Assembly (NCBI GenBank): GCA_951406725.2
Contig: OX597841.1
Location: 4,216,001-4,280,000, forward strand
Length of the DNA: 64,000 nt
Reading direction: 5' to 3'
From: Octopus vulgaris
Taxonomy: Eukaryota
A program made the translations under genes and the position numbers. The notes under the pieces are model-generated. The model did not search any database, was not told where the DNA came from, and saw only the letters and a list, made by a program, of their open reading frames with translations. Of this stretch, positions 57,667-64,000 are shown piece by piece; positions within the stretch are counted from its first letter, which is position 1; each line of letters opens with the position of its first letter.

Positions 57667-58080
57667 AAAAGATGGGATGGTCGCGGTTGGTAGAAGCAAG
57701 ACAAATACAACTACTCAGCTTTGTCTTTAACTTCTCAAGTTTTGAGAATAATCGACCTAATTTGCTCGAAAATACGTATTTTTGAGTCCACGATCCATTA
57801 TTCCTCCTCCTTGAGGCATAGTCGGAGAACACTAGAAGCATATCCATGTTATGGCGTGGGCTTTTGCCTGTGTTTTCTAGAAAGCCTGAAGACTTCTTTG
57901 AATTGTTGCTGTTTAGTACGTTTGTGAAAAGATGTGGATGGTCGCGGTTGGTAGAAGCAAGACGTACAACTACTCAGCTTTGTCTTTAACTTCTCAAGTT
58001 TTGAGAATAATCGACCTAATTTGCTCGAAAATACGTATTTTTGAGTCGTCATTAATTGTCCTCCTATGAGGCATAGTCGG
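57667..58080. repeat. Local direct duplication (~150 bp, 260-bp spacing)
   Basis: GGATGGTCGCGGTTGGTAGAAGCAAGAC...CGAAAATACGTATTTTTGAGTC...GAGGCATAGTCGG at about 57667-57826 and 57927-58080. Confidence 0.9.
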
Positions 58081-58121
58081 CACTGAACCAATAGAGCAGT
58101 CTATTCTTTATGTGGTGGGGA

Positions 58122-59025
58122 GTTACGTTCTGAGTTCAAATTCCGCCGAGGTCGACTTTGCCTTTCATCCTTTCGGGGTCGATAAATTAAGGACCCGCTC
58201 CGCACTGGGGTTGATATAATCGACTTAATCCATTTATCTGTCCTCGTTTGTCCCCTCTGTGTTTAGCCCCTTGTGGGTAGTAAAGAAATAGGTATTTCGT
58301 CAGTCGTTACGTTCTGAGTTCAAATTCCGCCGAGGTCGACTTGCCTTTCATTCTTTCGGGGTCGATAAATTAAGTACCAGTTACGCACTGGGGTTGATGT
58401 AATCGTCTTAATCCGTTTGTCTGTCCTTGTTTGTCCTCTCTATGTTTAGCTCCTTGTGGGCAATATAGAAATAAGAAGCTTGCTTTCCAATCACATGGTT
58501 CCGGGGCTCAGTCCCACTGCGTGGCACCTTAGGCAAGTGTCTTCTGCTATAGCCTCGAGCCGACCAAATCCTTGTGAGTGGATTTGGTTGAGGGAAATTG
58601 AAAGTTGTGGGTAGTAAAGAAATAGGTATTTCGTCTGCCGTTACGTTCTGAGTTCAAATTCCGTCGAGGTCGACTTTGCCTTTTATCCTTTCGGGGTCGA
58701 TAAATTAAGGACCAGTTACGCACTGGGGTCGATGTAATCGACTTAATCCCTTTGTCTGTCCTTGTTTGTCCTCTCTGTGTTTATCCCCTTGTGGGTAGTA
58801 AAGAAATAGGTATTTCATCTGCCGCTACGTTCTGAGTTCAAATTCCGCCGAGGTCGACTTTGCCTTTCATCCTTTCGGGGTCGATAAATTAAGGACCAGT
58901 TACGCACTGGGATCGATATAATCGACTTAATACCTATGTCTGTCCTTGTTTGTCCTCTCTATGTTTAGCCCCTTGTGGGTAGTAAAGAAATGGGTATTTC
59001 GTCTGCCGCTACGTTCTGAGCTCAA
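58122..59025 (+). mobile_element. SINE family D head-less tandem array (4+ units) with a family A fragment (58475-58603)
   Basis: Units of about 185 bp joined at AAAGAAATAGGTATTTCGTC. Confidence 0.9.
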
Positions 59026-59551
59026 AGTCCTCAGGTAGAGGGTGCATCCGCTTATGTGGAAACAATCCTTTCTTTCACAACAACAAGCAGTTGCATCCGA
59101 TCCGGAATGTCTTTTTGGGTGGGGATCTTCTCTAAATTTACTAAACCAGTTTTTCTACCGGGAAAATTTTCACTTCCAAAACTTCATTTTGTTTCTTGCA
59201 GCACCACTCTCGTTAAAAATTCAAGGCAGATATTTCCTAATAGACAACATACCTCACTACCATCTTTGCTGTTCACCGGACCATGTAAGGGAAATTTTTA
59301 AACCGACAGAATGCCTCTTTCATTCAATGTCGTCTCTTCCGTTCCAGATCGTCTGGCACGAATAACAAAATCTGCCTAATTCCAACAACCGCATCGAACC
59401 GAGAATCTAGAATCTCTGCCCAGAAGCACGTAGGTTCTCAGATGAGCCTGTTCTTTGTGAGCAGTCCTGTCCTTGTAGTTATCCCTACATTGATCTTGCT
59501 ATTGTTGCTGTTGGTGGTGGTGCTATTTTAAAATAGTATTCTTAAAGAATT

Positions 59552-59719
59552 AGGCGCAGAAGTGGCTGTGTGGTAAGTAGCTTGCTTACGAACCACATGG
59601 TTCTGGGTTCAGTCTCACAGCGTGACACTTTGGGGCAAGTATCTTCTACTATAGCCTCGGGCTGGCCAAAACCTTGTGAGCGGATTTGGCAGACGGAAAC
59701 TGAAAGAAACCCATCGTAA

Positions 59720-59760
<41 letters not shown>

Positions 59761-60062
59761 TATTAAGTCGATTAGATCGACCCCAGTGCGTAACTGCTAC
59801 TTAATTTATCGACCCCGAAAGGATGAAAGGCAAAGTCGACCTCGGCGGAATTTGAACTCAGAACATTGCGGCAGACGAAATACGGCTACGTATTTCGCCT
59901 GGCGTGCTAACGATTCTGCCGTCAACCAAATCCACTCACAAGGATTTGGTCGGCTCGAGGCTATAGCAGAAGACACTTGCCTAAGGTGCCACGCAGTGGG
60001 ACTGAGCCCCGGAACCATGTGATTGGAAAGCAAGCTTCTTACCACACAGTCACTCCTGCGTC
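59552..60062. mobile_element. Cluster: SINE A 5' half (+), SINE D (-), SINE A 5' half (-)
   Basis: Consensus matches at 59552-59717, 59760-59920 and 59920-60062. Confidence 0.85.
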
Positions 60063-60064
60063 TA

Positions 60065-60541
60065 CAGTCGTGGTCAAAAGTTTGGAACATTTTTTTTTTT
60101 AAATTAGAATTGTCAAGTCCAAGTACAATTCAATTCGAATATAACGTAGAGATAGGCCTACCTAATAACTGATCCAGGGTTCAATATGAACCAATGGATC
60201 AGTTATTAGCTATGTATATCTCTACGTTTTATATATTTGAATCAAATTGTGCTTGGGTGGCGAGCTGGCAGAAAGGTTAGCACGCCGGGCGAAATGCTTA
60301 GCTGTATTTCGTCTGCCGTTACATTCTGAGTTCAAATTCCGCCGAGGTCGATTTTGCCTTTCATCCTTTCGGGGTCGATAAATTAAGCACCAGTTATGCA
60401 CTGGGGTCGAATTATTCGACTTAATACCTATGTCTGTCCTTGTTTGTCCCCTCTGTGTTTAGCCCCTTGTGGGTAATAAAGAAATAGGTATAACCATTTT
60501 AAAGTTTTTTAAAAAATGTTCCAAACTTTTGGCCTTGAATG
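60065..60541. mobile_element. Tc1/mariner-type MITE with a nested SINE D (60258-60490)
   Basis: Left end TA|CAGTCGTGGTCAAAAGTTTGGAACATTTTTT; right end AAAAAATGTTCCAAACTTTTGGCCTTGAATG|TA; internal palindrome at about 60125-60250. Confidence 0.85.
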
Positions 60542-61048
60542 TATATTATTCTCAGGAAAACGACTTAGATTCCAAAGAAAATATTCATACGTTCATAACG
60601 TGGTAAGGCATAATCTCAGAAACGTTTGGTAACCATTTCTAAAAATTCAGGCCACTAAGAGTAATCATGCAGTTTTTCATTATCAGAGAGATGTAAACGG
60701 TCGGAGCTGTCGTTCTGTTTCCTCCCCTCTTAATTAGCAAGGCAGATATGGGTCAACACCTACGTTTTAATGGACTCGAGTGGCAAATTACAGTGTAGGT
60801 GTGAGGCAGGGATGATGGCCACATGATGGGAGAACAGCACAGAGTTGGTGGGGGTGCTGTTGGTGGCTGGTTGCGACGAGGCTGATAAACATGCTGGTAG
60901 CTGAAGTGATAAGACGTTGGTAGAAGATCAGGGATGATGGTATTAGAGGTGGTGGTGGTGGTGGTGATGGAGGTGGTGGTAACGATTATGATGATGATTG
61001 TGAAATGAAAATGACATTGATGAGGGTGATAATAGAATAGGTAAGGGA

Positions 61049-61079
<31 letters not shown>

Positions 61080-61080
61080 G

Positions 61081-61131
<51 letters not shown>

Positions 61132-61210
61132 ATGAAAACAGTTGTAGTTGAGATGGTGGCGGTGGTAGTGGTGGTGTGGTTATATACATATATACATACA
61201 TACATATATC

Positions 61211-61244
<34 letters not shown>

Positions 61245-61262
61245 TGTATGTATGTATGTATG

Positions 61263-61299
<37 letters not shown>

Positions 61300-61303
61300 T
61301 ATA

Positions 61304-61359
<56 letters not shown>

Positions 61360-61371
61360 ACACATATATAT

Positions 61372-61560
61372 ATCTCATAAAAATTCGTTCTGTCTGTCTG
61401 TCTGACGGTCTTCTCGGATCTCGGGCATCCTCCATCCGATTGCGCTCAAATTTGATATGTAGATACCGACGGTATCATGGCGAGTACAAGTCTTGAAAAA
61501 ATCACAAAAATCGATTCCAGGTGAGAATGCGATCGATAAAGCCGTTTTTGTCCTGCTTTT
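61372..61560 (+). mobile_element. Probable Helitron 5' fragment
   Basis: A|TC..ATAAAAAT.CGTTCTGTCTGTCTGTC and CCGATTGCGCTCAAATTT resemble 5' ends of non-autonomous Helitrons (compare 4171-4270); no hairpin/CTAG end found. Confidence 0.5.
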
Positions 61561-61885
61561 CTTCCGTCAACCTATACATAACTGCACCTTCTATGTTTTG
61601 TTGTTTTTGTTCTGCTTGAAGGCACGTTTCTTTCCTGCCAAGCTTTCTGCTTAAACCATGTTTGTGTTCTCCCATTGTCATTACGGGTTCTTTAAACTCT
61701 TCGGTTGCATATTTGTGTGAATAAAATCGTTTTTCTTTGGAATAGAAAAAACGTCTATCTTAATTTCTTCTTTTGCTGGTGTCTCAAATTAAGGTTAAAT
61801 CAGTGTTTCTCAAAGGGGAGGTCTATGGGACGGTCAGACAAGTTCTTTTGAGAAAATTTGGTTTAAATGTTTGACATTTTGCTCG

Positions 61886-62046
<161 letters not shown>

Positions 62047-62131
62047 TATATATATATACATACATACATACATACATACATACATACATACATACATACA
62101 TACATACATACATACATACATACATACATAC

Positions 62132-62715
62132 AGGCGCAGGAGTGGCTGTATGGTAAGTAGGTTGCTAACCAACCACATGGTTCCGGGTTCAGTCCCACTG
62201 CGTGGCATCTTGGGCAAGTGTCTTCTGCTATAGCCCCGGGCCGACCAATCCACTCACAAGGCATATATAGGTGTATATATATACACATACATATATCTCT
62301 TTTCCTCTTTTACTTGTTTCAGTCATTTGACTGCGGCCATGCTGGAGCACCGCCTTTAGTCGAGCAAATCGACCCCGGGACTTATTCTTTGTAAGCCCAG
62401 TACTTATTCTATCAGTCACTTTTGCCGAACCGCTAAGTGACGGCGACGTAAACACACCAGCATCGGTTGTCAAGCAATGCTAGGGGGACAAACACAGACA
62501 CACAAACACACATACATATATATATATACATATATACGACAGGCTTCTTTCAGTTTCCGTCTACCAAATCCACTCACAAGGCATTGGTCGGCCTGGGGCT
62601 ATAGCAGAAGACACTTGCCCAAGATGCCACGCAGTGGGACTGAACCCGGAACCATGTGGTTGTTTAGCAAGCTACTTACCACACAGCCACTCCTGCATAT
62701 ATATATATATATATG

Positions 62716-62805
<90 letters not shown>

Positions 62806-63605
62806 CAAAATGGGACAAGAACGCAAAACATTCAAATAGACGATACAAAAAACACGGACGGGTCACTCGAAGCCTCCAATCCTCAGTCGAGAACCCAATC
62901 ATCCTCGCTGCCGAACCGCAAATTAACCGGGTGATAAACACACCAACACCGGTTGTCAAGTGATGATGGGGAGACAAACACGGAGACAAAAACACACACA
63001 GCTATATACGCACACCACACATACGCAGGAGTGGCTGTGTGGTAAGTAACTTGCTTACCAACCACATGGTTCCGGGTTCAGTCCCACTGCGTGGCATCTT
63101 GGGCAAGTGTCTTCTACTATAGCCCCGGGCCAACCAATGCCTTGTGAGTGGATTTGGTAGACGGAAACTGAAAGAAGCCTGTCGTATATATGTATATATA
63201 TATGTATATGTATATGTATGTGTGTGTATGTGTTTGTGTGTCTGTGTTTGTCTCCCTAGCATTGCTTGACAACCGATGCTGGTGTGTTTATGTCCCCGTC
63301 ACTTAACGGTTCGGCAAAAGAGAGACCGATAGAATAAGTACTGGGCTTACAAAAGAATAAGTCCCGGGGTCGAGTTGCTCGGTTAAAGGCGGTGCTCCAG
63401 CATGGCCGCACTCAAATGACTGAAACAAGTAAAAGAGATACGTGTGTGTGTGCTGACTTTCTTATTTCAGTTTCCAATCACAAGGCTTTGGTCGGCCCGA
63501 TGCTATAATAGGAAACACTTGCCCAAGGTGCGGCGCAGTGGTATTGAACCCGAAAACATGTGGTTGAGAAGCAAGCTTCTTACCACACAGCCACGCCTGT
63601 GCCTA
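62132..63605. mobile_element. Cluster of SINE A copies in alternating orientation
   Basis: 62132-62262(+, partial), 62297-62696(-), 62905-62995(-, fragment), 63023-63437(+), 63468-63605(-, partial). Confidence 0.9.
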
Positions 63606-63776
63606 TAATTATGTTATTTAACACGTCAAATCATTACGTAAAACATTCAGAGAGACACACTTGATCACGTGACAACTTCTTTGTTTACATGAGCAGGTGA
63701 TATTGTAGGTGTGGAGGTGATGGTGGTAGTATATGTGGTAGTATAGGTGGTGGTTATAATATATGGATGATCGAAG

Positions 63777-63978
63777 AACTGGTACTTAATTTATCGACCC
63801 CGAAAGGATGAAAGGCAAAGTCAAATTCCGCCGAGGTCGACTTTGCCTTTCATCCTTTCGGGGTCGATTAATTAAGTACCAGTTACGCACTGGGGTCGAT
63901 ATAATCGACTTAATACCTATGTCTGTCCTTGTTTGTCCCCTCTGTGTTTGGCCCCTTGTGGGCAATAAAGAAATAGGT
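63777..63978 (+). mobile_element. SINE family D with its 5' part replaced by an inverted copy of its own body
   Basis: 63777-63822 is the reverse complement of 63839-63884 (one mismatch). Confidence 0.88.
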
Positions 63979-64000
63979 ACTATTGGTCCACATGGCAGTG

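Overview
AT-rich eukaryotic non-coding DNA (intergenic or a large intron), saturated with microsatellites ((TA)n, (TATG)n, (CA)n, (GA)n, (CAT)n, (GGT)n) and interspersed repeats. The repeat families resemble those I recall from Octopus genomes; this is an inference and was not checked by search. I can support no intact host protein-coding gene, tRNA, rRNA or CRISPR array, and nearly all listed ORFs are microsatellite or SINE translations. Recognisable content: three tRNA-derived SINE families (labelled A, B and D here), fragments of CR1-group and RTE LINEs, a bipartite non-autonomous RTE element with a TSD, a complete non-autonomous Helitron, several MITEs, and many short (TA)n-adjacent repeats. 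The most striking signal is about ten minimal type I hammerhead-ribozyme-like motifs (CUGANGA-stem II-GAAA-palindromic stem III-UH) in several unrelated repeat families, as expected of Penelope-like elements (PLEs) or retrozymes. One motif is linked to a tRNA-like Pol III head, one family has a non-canonical core, and several sit in or beside fold-back inverted duplications. Coordinates were read by eye and may be off by a few bases.
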